Source: an uncultured Gammaproteobacteria bacterium
GTDB taxonomy: Bacteria > Patescibacteriota > Microgenomatia > Daviesbacterales > UBA10151
Direction: 5' to 3'
Length of the DNA: 38,777 nucleotides
Assembly: GCA_964653745.1 (NCBI GenBank)
Contig: CAZZHC010000002.1
Coordinates: forward strand, 1 to 38,777
The position numbers and the translations under genes are program-made. The notes beneath the pieces were generated by a model. The model did no database searches. It worked only from the letters and a program-made list of their open reading frames with translations, and was not told the origin of the DNA. Position 1 is the stretch's first letter. Every line of letters starts with the position of its first letter. Below are positions 1 through 6,556 of the stretch, piece by piece.

Positions 1-1
1 A

Positions 2-706
2 AAATATGAATATGATCCCCAATCTCCAATTATTAGAGGTTCCGCCTTGAAAGCTTTGGAAGGTGATGCTGAAGCTGTCAAAAGCATTGAAGAGCTGATG
101 GATGCTGTTGATGAGTGGATTCCACCTCCCACCCGCGATATTGATAAACCATTTTTAATGGCTGTTGAGGATGTCTTTTCAATTAAAGGCCGGGGAACAG
201 TAGTAACTGGAAGAATTGAACGGGGAAAAGTAAAAATTAATGAGGAAATTGAGATTGTGGGAATTAGGCCAACTAAAAAGAGTGTGGTGACAGGAATTGA
301 AATGTTTCACAAAATGCTTGATGAAGGCCAGGCTGGTGATAATGCCGGACTACTCCTTCGGGGTATTGAAAAAGATGATGTGGAACGTGGTCAGGTTTTG
401 GCCAAACCAGGTTCAATTACCCCTCATGCTGAATTTGAAGCTGAAGTCTATATTCTTTCTAAAGAAGAAGGTGGAAGACACACTCCATTTTTCAAAGGCT
501 ACAGACCACAATTTTATGTCAGAACCACTGATGTGACCGGTGAAGTACAGCTTCCAGAAGGTGTGGAAATGGCTATGCCAGGTGATACCACTAAAATGAA
601 TGTTAAACTAATTACTCCAGTTGCTATGGAAGATGGTTTAAGATTTGCTGTCCGTGAAGGTGGAAAAACAGTTGGAGCTGGAGTAATTACTAAGATTATT
701 AAATAG
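2..706 (+). CDS. tuf: elongation factor Tu, C-terminal part (5' end outside window)
   Basis: ORF is open to the left window edge in frame 2. Translation ([52 protein letters not shown]) matches EF-Tu domains II/III. It lies directly upstream of rpsJ. Confidence 0.97.
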   Translation, partial: KYEYDPQSPIIRGSALKALEGDAEAVKSIEELMDAVDEWIPPPTRDIDKPFLMAVEDVFSIKGRGTVVTGRIERGKVKINEEIEIVGIRPTKKSVVTGIEMFHKMLDEGQAGDNAGLLLRGIEKDDVERGQVLAKPGSITPHAEFEAEVYILSKEEGGRHTPFFKGYRPQFYVRTTDVTGEVQLPEGVEMAMPGDTTKMNVKLITPVAMEDGLRFAVREGGKTVGAGVITKIIK

Positions 707-732
707 GGTTTTGGGTTTAGGTTTTAGGGCTT

Positions 733-757
733 AGAAGAGGCGAAAGCCTCTTTTTTA
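733..757 (+). terminator. rho-independent terminator after tuf
   Basis: Stem agaagaggc / gcctctttt closed by a GAAA tetraloop and running into a T-tract, 27 nt after the tuf stop. Confidence 0.8.
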
Positions 758-766
758 TGTTAAAAT
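758..766 (+). promoter_or_regulatory. extended -10-like promoter element (tgttaaaat) for rpsJ
   Basis: TGnTAAAAT motif 30 nt upstream of the rpsJ ATG. The same 9-mer recurs upstream of infA, and similar TGnTAnnnT motifs occur in other intergenic gaps. Confidence 0.4.
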
Positions 767-795
767 AGTTAGCACATTGAAAGGTTTAGTAATTT

Positions 796-1104
796 ATGGC
801 CAAAGGTAAAATTAGAGTTAGATTAACAAGCTTTGATCATCGGGTACTGGATAATACTGTTGAGCAGCTTTTAGATACTGCTATCAGAACCGGTGCCAAA
901 ATTGTTGGACCTATCCCACTTCCTACCAAAACTACCAGATTTACTGTTCCCCGTTCCCCTCACACTGATAAAGATTCCCAAGAAGCTTTTGAACTTAAAA
1001 CACACAAAAGATTAATAGAAATTGTTGAACCAACTGATAAGACAATCGACAGTCTTATGCATCTCGAGCTACCAGCGGGAGTTAACATAGAGGTTAAAAT
1101 GTAA
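796..1104 (+). CDS. rpsJ: 30S ribosomal protein S10
   Basis: 102-aa [22 protein letters not shown]...[26 protein letters not shown]10 family, in the canonical position after tuf. Confidence 0.97.
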   Translation: MAKGKIRVRLTSFDHRVLDNTVEQLLDTAIRTGAKIVGPIPLPTKTTRFTVPRSPHTDKDSQEAFELKTHKRLIEIVEPTDKTIDSLMHLELPAGVNIEVKM

Positions 1105-1126
1105 GTCGATTGTCTTGCGATAGTTC

Positions 1127-1158
1127 CACCGCTTCGCGGTGTATAACTATCTAAAAAC
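1127..1158 (+). repeat. GC-rich hairpin (caccgc-ttc-gcggtg) followed by CTAAAAAC; member of an island-specific repeat family
   Basis: Perfect 6-bp inverted repeat at 1127-1141, with ctaaaaac at 1151-1158. The architecture resembles the units at 1345-1376, 2830-2855 and 2915-2940. Confidence 0.5.
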
Positions 1159-1219
1159 AATTGATTCGCTGATGCATCTTGAACTCCCTGCAGGTGTAAA
1201 TATTGAAGTAAAGATGTGA
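1154..1219 (+). pseudogene. displaced, out-of-frame duplicate of the last 21 codons plus stop of rpsJ
   Basis: Reads [21 protein letters not shown], identical in amino acids to rpsJ codons at 1039-1104. 17 of the 19 codons that can vary synonymously differ, and the stop is tga versus taa. It lies in frame 2 whereas rpsJ is in frame 1, and no start codon or RBS was found. Confidence 0.85.
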
Positions 1220-1233
1220 CCCTCTTTTGCTAT

Positions 1234-1251
1234 TGATTTTTTAAAAAATCA
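1234..1251. repeat. perfect 18-nt AT-rich palindrome tgattttttaaaaaatca
   Basis: Exact inverted repeat (9+9 nt, no spacer) 15 nt after the relic rpsJ stop. It could be an operator, a recombination site or a weak hairpin. Confidence 0.6.
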
Positions 1252-1344
1252 GTTGTAAAATAGTTTTTACTGTGTTTAGGATTAGACCAAAAATAAGATA
1301 TATAAAACAATATGCCTTTTTAGAAGGCAAAGAAGCTTAACAAG

Positions 1345-1376
1345 ACCCGCGCAAGCGGGTTTTTAAATGGCTAAAC
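1345..1376 (+). terminator. terminator-like hairpin (acccgc-GCAA-gcgggt + TTTT) followed by GGCTAAAC motif
   Basis: 6-bp GC stem with a GNRA loop and a T-run at 1345-1364, with ggctaaac at 1369-1376. It lies upstream of the Hsp70-like gene. Confidence 0.55.
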
Positions 1377-1406
1377 GGTATACAATAGAAAGGAAATGAT
1401 CACAAG

Positions 1407-2816
1407 ATGAAATTCGGTTTAGACTTTGGAACAACAAATAGTTCGATTTCTATAAATCAGGGTGGAAAAACTCGAGTAATTGAAGTAGATCAGGCTGCGC
1501 TGGATCAGAGGGTGATTCGCTCGATGCTTTACTTTCTAAGAAGAGAAATACTTTATGGGTCAAACGTGACTCCACAGCAAATACAATCTCAAACCTTTAA
1601 GGTTGGTGACATTCAATATCAAGGGAGGCAAGAACTTCTAATTGGTCAAGAAGCAATAGAATCTTATCTAAATGATAATAAACAAAGAAAACCTGGTATA
1701 AAGAGAACTATTTATACGGGTCGTTTTCGGAGAATGAAAGATAATCCTGATCAGCCCCGGACTGACCCAGTTCCTGAATATTATGAAGAAGTTGATTATG
1801 GAACGGGTAGGTTAATTCAAGCATTAAAATCCAGTTTGAGAACCTCTTTTAAGGGGACAACAATTTTTGGGCAATTTTATTCAGTTGAAGAATTAATCGG
1901 CATGTTTGTAAAAAAAATTAAGGAAAAAGCAGAAGCTGAAAATGGTTTAGCTATAGAAGAGATTACCATTGGTAGGCCAGTCCATTTTTCTTTAGACCCG
2001 GAGGTAGATCAAAAAGCTCAAAACCGTTTGGCAGTGGCAATGAAAACAGCCGGTTTTAAAAAACTTAAATTTGAATATGAACCTGTAGCAGCAGCTAAAC
2101 AATTTTTGGCCGCATCTAATCAAAAACAAACCATTTTTGTGTTTGATTTTGGGGGTGGAACTTTGGATACAGCCATAGTTAGATTTGGAGAAAAAATAGA
2201 AGTTTTGGCAACTGATGGGGTGTATATTGGTGGAGATTTACTAAATGCTGATATTATGCAACACACGCTTTGGGATTATTTTGGCGCTTCTTCTACTTGG
2301 GGTGAACAAAAGCTGCAAATGCCCAGTTATATCTATTCAGCTTTAAATTCTTGGTACAGCATTCCCTCACTAAATGGCCCTGATGTTATGAATTTCCTAG
2401 AGCGGGCGGGTTATAAAAACTCTAATCCCAAGGCTTTAGAAAGATTAATTTATCTTATTAAAACTAATGTTGGTTTTGAAATTTATGAGGCCATTGAAAA
2501 AGCTAAAAAACAGTTATCAGAAGAAAAAGAAGCACGGATTATTTATGATGATGGTCCAATTAACCTGGATTTGAAAATTACCAGAGATGAATTTGAAAAA
2601 ATAATTGCTCCCAGAGTTGAAGAAATAAAAGAAGTAGTGTTAAAAACATTGCAAATGGCAAAATTGGAAGGGAGTCAAATTGATATGGTAGTTAGAACTG
2701 GCGGGTCATCACTAATCCCAGTTTTTGAACACATTTTGGAAGATATTTTTGGCAAAGAAAAAATCACTTTATTTGAAACTTTTACCAGTATTGCCGCAGG
2801 ATTATCCCTAAGTTAA
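1407..2816 (+). CDS. Hsp70/actin-fold ATPase, nucleotide-binding-domain-only (YegD-like), no recognisable substrate-binding domain
   Basis: 469-aa ORF. It contains the N-terminal phosphate-1 motif MKFGLDFGTTNSSISI, the phosphate-2 motif FVFDFGGGTLDTAIV and the adenosine motif VVRTGGSSLIPVF, all typical of the DnaK/Hsp70 NBD. The length is too short for an SBD and lid. Confidence 0.85.
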   Translation: MKFGLDFGTTNSSISINQGGKTRVIEVDQAALDQRVIRSMLYFLRREILYGSNVTPQQIQSQTFKVGDIQYQGRQELLIGQEAIESYLNDNKQRKPGIKRTIYTGRFRRMKDNPDQPRTDPVPEYYEEVDYGTGRLIQALKSSLRTSFKGTTIFGQFYSVEELIGMFVKKIKEKAEAENGLAIEEITIGRPVHFSLDPEVDQKAQNRLAVAMKTAGFKKLKFEYEPVAAAKQFLAASNQKQTIFVFDFGGGTLDTAIVRFGEKIEVLATDGVYIGGDLLNADIMQHTLWDYFGASSTWGEQKLQMPSYIYSALNSWYSIPSLNGPDVMNFLERAGYKNSNPKALERLIYLIKTNVGFEIYEAIEKAKKQLSEEKEARIIYDDGPINLDLKITRDEFEKIIAPRVEEIKEVVLKTLQMAKLEGSQIDMVVRTGGSSLIPVFEHILEDIFGKEKITLFETFTSIAAGLSLS

Positions 2817-2829
2817 TTTGATTTGTGGG

Positions 2830-2855
2830 TCCACCTCGAAGGTGGAAGGCTAAAC
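2830..2855 (+). repeat. hairpin (tccacc-tcgaa-ggtgga) + AGGCTAAAC repeat unit R1
   Basis: Inverted repeat at 2830-2846. The 3' arm plus tail, ggtggaaggctaaac, is nearly identical to ggtggcaggctaaaaac at 2924-2940. Confidence 0.6.
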
Positions 2856-2864
2856 TTTTGTTTA

Positions 2865-2907
2865 TGCCCGCAGGTGTCCCGCTTCGCCCGCGAAGCGGGG
2901 CGAGCAA
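2865..2907 (+). repeat. long GC-rich hairpin (core cccgcttcg-cccg-cgaagcggg)
   Basis: 9-bp perfect stem at 2878-2899, extendable by tgcccgc/gcgagca with one mismatch. It shares ccgcttcgc with the hairpin at 1127-1141. Confidence 0.6.
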
Positions 2908-2914
2908 CCTAATT

Positions 2915-2940
2915 CACCCCTGGGGTGGCAGGCTAAAAAC
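2915..2940 (+). repeat. hairpin (caccc-ctg-gggtg) + CAGGCTAAAAAC repeat unit R2
   Basis: Direct-repeat partner of R1. Together they bracket the central hairpin within the 180-nt gap between the two island genes. Confidence 0.6.
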
Positions 2941-2996
2941 TGGGTATATTGTAATTTAAGTATGGTTTTGGTTTAATAGTCAATTAAGAAACTATT

Positions 2997-3344
2997 ATGC
3001 AAGAAAGACATGGTTTATCGGTTAGAGCGGTTTGTTTTAGTGAAATTGGTGGTGCTTTTAATCCTGCAACAGATGAGACAGATCCACAAAACAGCCCTGG
3101 TTTAGATTTATTATGGGCAGGAGCAAGACCCGGTCAGACTTTATCAGAAAAAGTAGAGGCAGTTTTAAATCGTTTGCCCTGGCGGCAAACAGTGATATTT
3201 GAACTAAGGCATGGTTTAGGTTCAGATGAACAAGAACATACACTGCGAGAGATAGCAGACCTTGTAAAATTACCCCTACCAAAGGTGTATAGGACTTTAA
3301 CTTTAGCACACCGGGCACTCTATAACTATTGCAACCCTAAATAG
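2997..3344 (+). CDS. stand-alone sigma-70 region 4-like HTH protein (possible sigma-factor fragment or regulator)
   Basis: 115-aa ORF. The C-terminal 70 aa (LSEKVEAVLNRLPWRQTVIFELRHGLGSDEQEHTLREIADLVKLPLPKVYRTLTLAHRAL) follow the region 4.1/4.2 pattern L..L..RE..V..LR.GL......TL.EI......S...V.....AL. No region 2 or 3 is present upstream. Confidence 0.6.
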   Translation: MQERHGLSVRAVCFSEIGGAFNPATDETDPQNSPGLDLLWAGARPGQTLSEKVEAVLNRLPWRQTVIFELRHGLGSDEQEHTLREIADLVKLPLPKVYRTLTLAHRALYNYCNPK

Positions 3345-3351
3345 CCTCTAC

Positions 3352-3381
3352 TTGCAATTTAGCCTCAACTCATGCTACAAT
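3352..3381 (+). promoter_or_regulatory. sigma-70-type promoter for the rplC-onward operon
   Basis: -35 ttgcaa (3352-3357), an 18-nt spacer and an extended -10 tgctacaat (3373-3381). It is located just after the island genes. Confidence 0.6.
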
Positions 3382-3533
3382 CCTTATAAGCCATGCAGAT
3401 GGTTTTTGAGACGTAAAAAAGAAAATAAATTTCAGTAAATCGCGTCCTTCGTCAGGACGTTGATACTGACTCAGGATAAACTGAGAGGTATCAGCGACTT
3501 GTCCTGAGGAACAAAGTGACGAAGGAAATACTG
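3382..3533 (+). promoter_or_regulatory. structured 5' leader RNA upstream of rplC with mutually exclusive pairings
   Basis: Hairpin H1 at 3443-3459 (cgtcct/aggacg) and hairpin H2 at 3462-3492 (gatac..ctcag/ctgag..gtatc). The segment tccttcgtca (3445-3454) can instead pair perfectly with tgacgaagga (3517-3526). Confidence 0.5.
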
Positions 3534-3566
3534 GAGTGAGTTCGTCTAGGCGACTCGCTCTTTTTT
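3534..3566 (+). terminator. intrinsic terminator/attenuator immediately upstream of rplC
   Basis: 8-bp stem gagtgagt/actcgctc (one G-U pair) at 3534-3560 followed by TTTTTT at 3561-3566. It ends 13 nt before the rplC ATG. Confidence 0.6.
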
Positions 3567-3578
3567 GTGGAAAAAGAC

Positions 3579-4319
3579 ATGATAAACACATTACTTGGTA
3601 TTAAAAAGAATATGACTAGCACTTATGATGCCCGGGGACGCCGGGTTGGTGCCACTGTGGTGGAAATTGGACCAAACTTTGTTACCCAAATTAAAGATAA
3701 AGAAAAAGATGGATATAGGGCAGTTCAGCTTGGATTTGGGACTAAAAAAAGTGTTAAAAAACCTCAAATCGGACATGCTAAAAAAGCAGGATTAGAGCAA
3801 AAAATCCGCTGGTTTAGGGAAGTTAAAGTTGAAGGTGGAGATGTTAAATCTGGCCAAGAAATTAAAGTGGGCCAGGTTTTTTCTATTGGAGATGCTATTA
3901 AGGTGACAGGTATTTCTAAGGGTCGGGGTTTTCAAGGTGGTGTGAGACGCCATGGTTTTGCCGGTGGACCCAAAACTCATGGTCAATCAGATAGATGGAG
4001 AGCTCCAGGTTCAATTGGGTCAGGTACTACTCCAGGTAGAGTTTTAAAGGGTAAAAGGATGGCAGGACATATGGGGGTAGAAACTGTGACAACCAGGGGT
4101 TTGGAAATAGTGGGAGTAGATAAAGCTAATAATTTACTCACTATTAAGGGGGCGGTACCAGGAGCAACAGGTGGTTTGGTAATTGTGGAAAAATTAGGCA
4201 GAATTAAGGGTTATACTCCCCCACCAGAGGAAAAACTAGATGAAGAAGAAGAGGTTAGTGAGTCAGAAAATAGTGAAGCAGTGAAACAGGAGGAGCAAAA
4301 TGCCAACAGTGAAAGCTAA
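3579..4319 (+). CDS. rplC: 50S ribosomal protein L3 (with acidic C-terminal tail)
   Basis: MINTLLGIKKNMTSTYDARGRRVGATVVEIGPN... matches the L3 N-terminus. ATG 3579 is preferred over the ORF-track GTG 3567. The tail is PPPEEKLDEEEEVSESENSEAVKQEEQ. Confidence 0.93.
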   Translation: MINTLLGIKKNMTSTYDARGRRVGATVVEIGPNFVTQIKDKEKDGYRAVQLGFGTKKSVKKPQIGHAKKAGLEQKIRWFREVKVEGGDVKSGQEIKVGQVFSIGDAIKVTGISKGRGFQGGVRRHGFAGGPKTHGQSDRWRAPGSIGSGTTPGRVLKGKRMAGHMGVETVTTRGLEIVGVDKANNLLTIKGAVPGATGGLVIVEKLGRIKGYTPPPEEKLDEEEEVSESENSEAVKQEEQNANSES

Positions 4320-4986
4320 AATAACAAAACCGGTTGTTGGGGGTTTATCTGTACCAGTATATGCTTTGGATGGAAAAGCAGCTGGGAGTATGATTTTACC
4401 AAAGGAAATTTTTGGAGCCAAGGTAAATAAAGCCTTACTTACCCAGGCTGTTAGAGTTTATACTTCCAATCAAACAGCCCATTTTGGAAATACCAAAACT
4501 AGAGGTGAGGTTAAAGGTTCAACCAGAAAAATTAGATCCCAAAAAGGTACTGGTGGGGCCAGGCATGGTGGTATCAGGGCTCCAATTTTTGTTGGAGGTG
4601 GAATTGCTATGGGGCCAAAATATCGGAAAGTCTCTTTGGACTTACCAAAAAAGATGAAAAAAGCAGCTTTGGTTTCTGCTCTGTCAAGCCGGGCCTTAGA
4701 TCGAGAAATAGTGGGTCTCGTAGGTTGGGATAAAGCTACTGGTAAAACCAAACAAATGCAAGTCTTATTTGATAAATTAGGTAAGAAAAATATTTTGCTA
4801 ATTAGTGGTCAAAGTCAAGAGAAAGCCAATCGGGCAGCTAAAAATTTACCGGGTTTGGAAGTAATTTTAGCCGATAATTTAAATGCCTTAGAAGTAATTG
4901 CCCATCAAACTTTAGTGTTGACCAAAGATGCAATAGAGAAGTTAGAGCTAAGAATGAAGAGTGAAGAATTAAAGAAGGAGAAATAA
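4300..4986 (+). CDS. rplD: 50S ribosomal protein L4
   Basis: 228-aa ORF containing KTRGEVKGSTRKIRSQKGTGGARHG. An AGGAGG RBS lies upstream, and the start overlaps the rplC end by 20 nt. Confidence 0.95.
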   Translation: MPTVKAKITKPVVGGLSVPVYALDGKAAGSMILPKEIFGAKVNKALLTQAVRVYTSNQTAHFGNTKTRGEVKGSTRKIRSQKGTGGARHGGIRAPIFVGGGIAMGPKYRKVSLDLPKKMKKAALVSALSSRALDREIVGLVGWDKATGKTKQMQVLFDKLGKKNILLISGQSQEKANRAAKNLPGLEVILADNLNALEVIAHQTLVLTKDAIEKLELRMKSEELKKEK

Positions 4987-5418
4987 ATGAAAATTATTTT
5001 GCAAAAAGCGCATATTTCAGAAAAGACCATGGGGCTGGCTAAAGCTGGTTGGTATACCTTTTTGGTAAGTCGCAATGCTAGAAAACCAGAAATTATTAAA
5101 GCTGTAAATAATAAATTTGAAGTGGAAGTGATAGCTATTAAGACTGCCAACTATAAAAAGGAAACTAAATTACAACGATCAAGAAAGGGTCATTTTACGG
5201 TGCCAGGATTTAAAAAAGCCATAGTTGCACTTAAAAACGGTCAAAAAATAGCCCTTTTTGAGACAGAAACCGTTGAGGAAAAACAGCCCGAGAAAAAAGA
5301 GGCCAAAGAAAAGAAAAGTTTACTCAAAGGCACTAAAGTCAAAATTGAAAAAAGTGAAAAGAAAGAAGTGGATGTTAAAGATAAAAAAGCAAAAAGTAAG
5401 AAAAAGGAGAAAAAATGA
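4987..5418 (+). CDS. rplW: 50S ribosomal protein L23 (Lys-rich C-terminal extension)
   Basis: The N-terminal ~95 aa are L23-like and the position is canonical. About 45 extra residues at the C-terminus are rich in K and E. Confidence 0.9.
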   Translation: MKIILQKAHISEKTMGLAKAGWYTFLVSRNARKPEIIKAVNNKFEVEVIAIKTANYKKETKLQRSRKGHFTVPGFKKAIVALKNGQKIALFETETVEEKQPEKKEAKEKKSLLKGTKVKIEKSEKKEVDVKDKKAKSKKKEKK

Positions 5419-5446
5419 GCCTTAAGGCTCTTATCTAAAGATAATA

Positions 5447-6265
5447 ATGGCACTTATAAATTACAAGGAAAAAACTAAAACCAGAAGATTTGCTTCTAAA
5501 TTAGAGCGTCCCAAGAAAAACGGGTCAGCTCCCAAATCTTTGCGGACAATTTTGGTCAAACACAGCGGTCGATCACACGGGACTGTTACAGTCAGACATC
5601 AGGGTGGCAGACACAAAAGATACTGGCGGGAAATTGATTTTTTGAGAAATAAATTTGGGGTGGAAGGGAAAGTCGAGGTTTTCGAATATGATCCAAACCG
5701 CAATGTCGATATTGCTTTAATTAAATATATTGATGGTGAGTATCGTTATATTTTGGCCCCCCAATCTTTAAAAGTTGGTGACAAAATTATCTCTGGTGAA
5801 AAAGTAGAAGTCAAAACTGGTAATGCTATGAGATTAAAAAACATGCCAATTGGGAAAGTGGTTCATAATGTAGAGCTCACACCAGGTAAAGGTGGACAAT
5901 TGGGCAGAAGTGCTGGTACCTCTTTAACCCTACAAGCCAAACAATCACCTTCCGCTCACTTGAAACTTCCTTCAGGAGAGATTAGAATGGTTCCTTTGGA
6001 AGCCTTGGCTACAATTGGAACATTGGGTAATGAAGAATGGAAAAATGTTAAGTTTGGTAAGGCCGGTAGAAAAAGGCACATGGGAATAAGGCCATCAGTT
6101 CGAGGTGTAGCCATGGATCCAGATTCTCACCCTCATGGTGGAGGAGAAGGTAGATCAGGAGTAGGACGAAAAAAACCAATGACTAAATATGGCCGTCCGG
6201 CTGTTGGAAAAACCAGAAAAAAGGGAAAATATTCAGATAAATATATAATTCGGAGGAAAAAATGA
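5447..6265 (+). CDS. rplB: 50S ribosomal protein L2
   Basis: Contains [18 protein letters not shown] and [16 protein letters not shown], which are L2 hallmark motifs. Confidence 0.97.
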   Translation: MALINYKEKTKTRRFASKLERPKKNGSAPKSLRTILVKHSGRSHGTVTVRHQGGRHKRYWREIDFLRNKFGVEGKVEVFEYDPNRNVDIALIKYIDGEYRYILAPQSLKVGDKIISGEKVEVKTGNAMRLKNMPIGKVVHNVELTPGKGGQLGRSAGTSLTLQAKQSPSAHLKLPSGEIRMVPLEALATIGTLGNEEWKNVKFGKAGRKRHMGIRPSVRGVAMDPDSHPHGGGEGRSGVGRKKPMTKYGRPAVGKTRKKGKYSDKYIIRRKK

Positions 6266-6546
6266 GTAGAAGTTTAAAAAAAGGACCATATATTGATGCA
6301 AAATTAATGAAGAAAATCTTAGCTCAAAAAGCTGGAGGGTCAAAAAGCCCCATTAAAACTTGGGCTAGGGCTTCTCAAATTGCCCCCGATTTTGTCGGAC
6401 ACACTTTTTCGGTTCATAATGGTAAAAACTTTATTTCAGTTTATGTTACTGAATCAATGGTGGGACACAGATTGGGAGAATTTTCTCCAACCAGAACTTT
6501 CAGAGGCCATGGAAAAATGACTGAAAAATCAACGTCTAAAACTTAA
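6262..6546 (+). CDS. rpsS: 30S ribosomal protein S19
   Basis: [12 protein letters not shown]...[32 protein letters not shown]. Confidence 0.97.
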   Translation: MSRSLKKGPYIDAKLMKKILAQKAGGSKSPIKTWARASQIAPDFVGHTFSVHNGKNFISVYVTESMVGHRLGEFSPTRTFRGHGKMTEKSTSKT

Positions 6547-6556
6547 AGGAAATTAT

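Noticed and set aside
297-536. Alternative-frame ORFs inside conserved genes (297-536, 12967-13179, 15413-15613, 16141-16383, 8801-9001 and others).
   Set aside because: They overlap genes with unambiguous homology in another frame, have no start context, and their translations have an implausible composition.
706-729. A telomere-like G-rich tract, gggttttgggtttaggttttaggg, directly after the tuf stop, considered as a possible G-quadruplex.
   Set aside because: There are only three GGG runs plus one GG, the tract is very short, and it has no partner elsewhere. It is most simply spacer sequence ahead of the tuf terminator.
1039-1219. Whether the rpsJ tail pair is a diversity-generating retroelement TR/VR pair.
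   Set aside because: The differences are spread over all four bases at synonymous positions rather than being adenine-specific. The protein sequence is unchanged, and no reverse transcriptase is present in the window.
1396-1410. A 4-codon mini-ORF (ATG ATC ACA AGA TGA) overlapping the start of the Hsp70-like gene, considered as a leader peptide.
   Set aside because: It is too short to evaluate without comparative data, and it may simply be chance in an AT-rich RBS region.
2830-2940. Whether the two ~26-nt hairpin repeats separated by 59 nt form a mini CRISPR array.
   Set aside because: There are only two copies, they are imperfect, they carry internal palindromes typical of REP- or terminator-like elements, and there are no cas genes.
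2865-2960. A 31-codon ORF (MPAGVPLRPRSGAS...) whose start cccgcaggtgt resembles ccctgcaggtgt in the relic rpsJ tail. I considered it as a possible third tail copy.
   Set aside because: The match is only about 11 nt with an indel, which is expected by chance at this window size. The similarity does not extend further, and the ORF is made of hairpin-repeat sequence.
3468-3485. Similarity between ctcagg-ataa-actgag in the rplC leader and ctcagg-gtcat-actgag in the ppsA insert (27235-27251), considered as evidence for a shared element.
   Set aside because: The resemblance is limited to a 5-6-bp palindromic stem, the flanks do not align, and it is compatible with chance.
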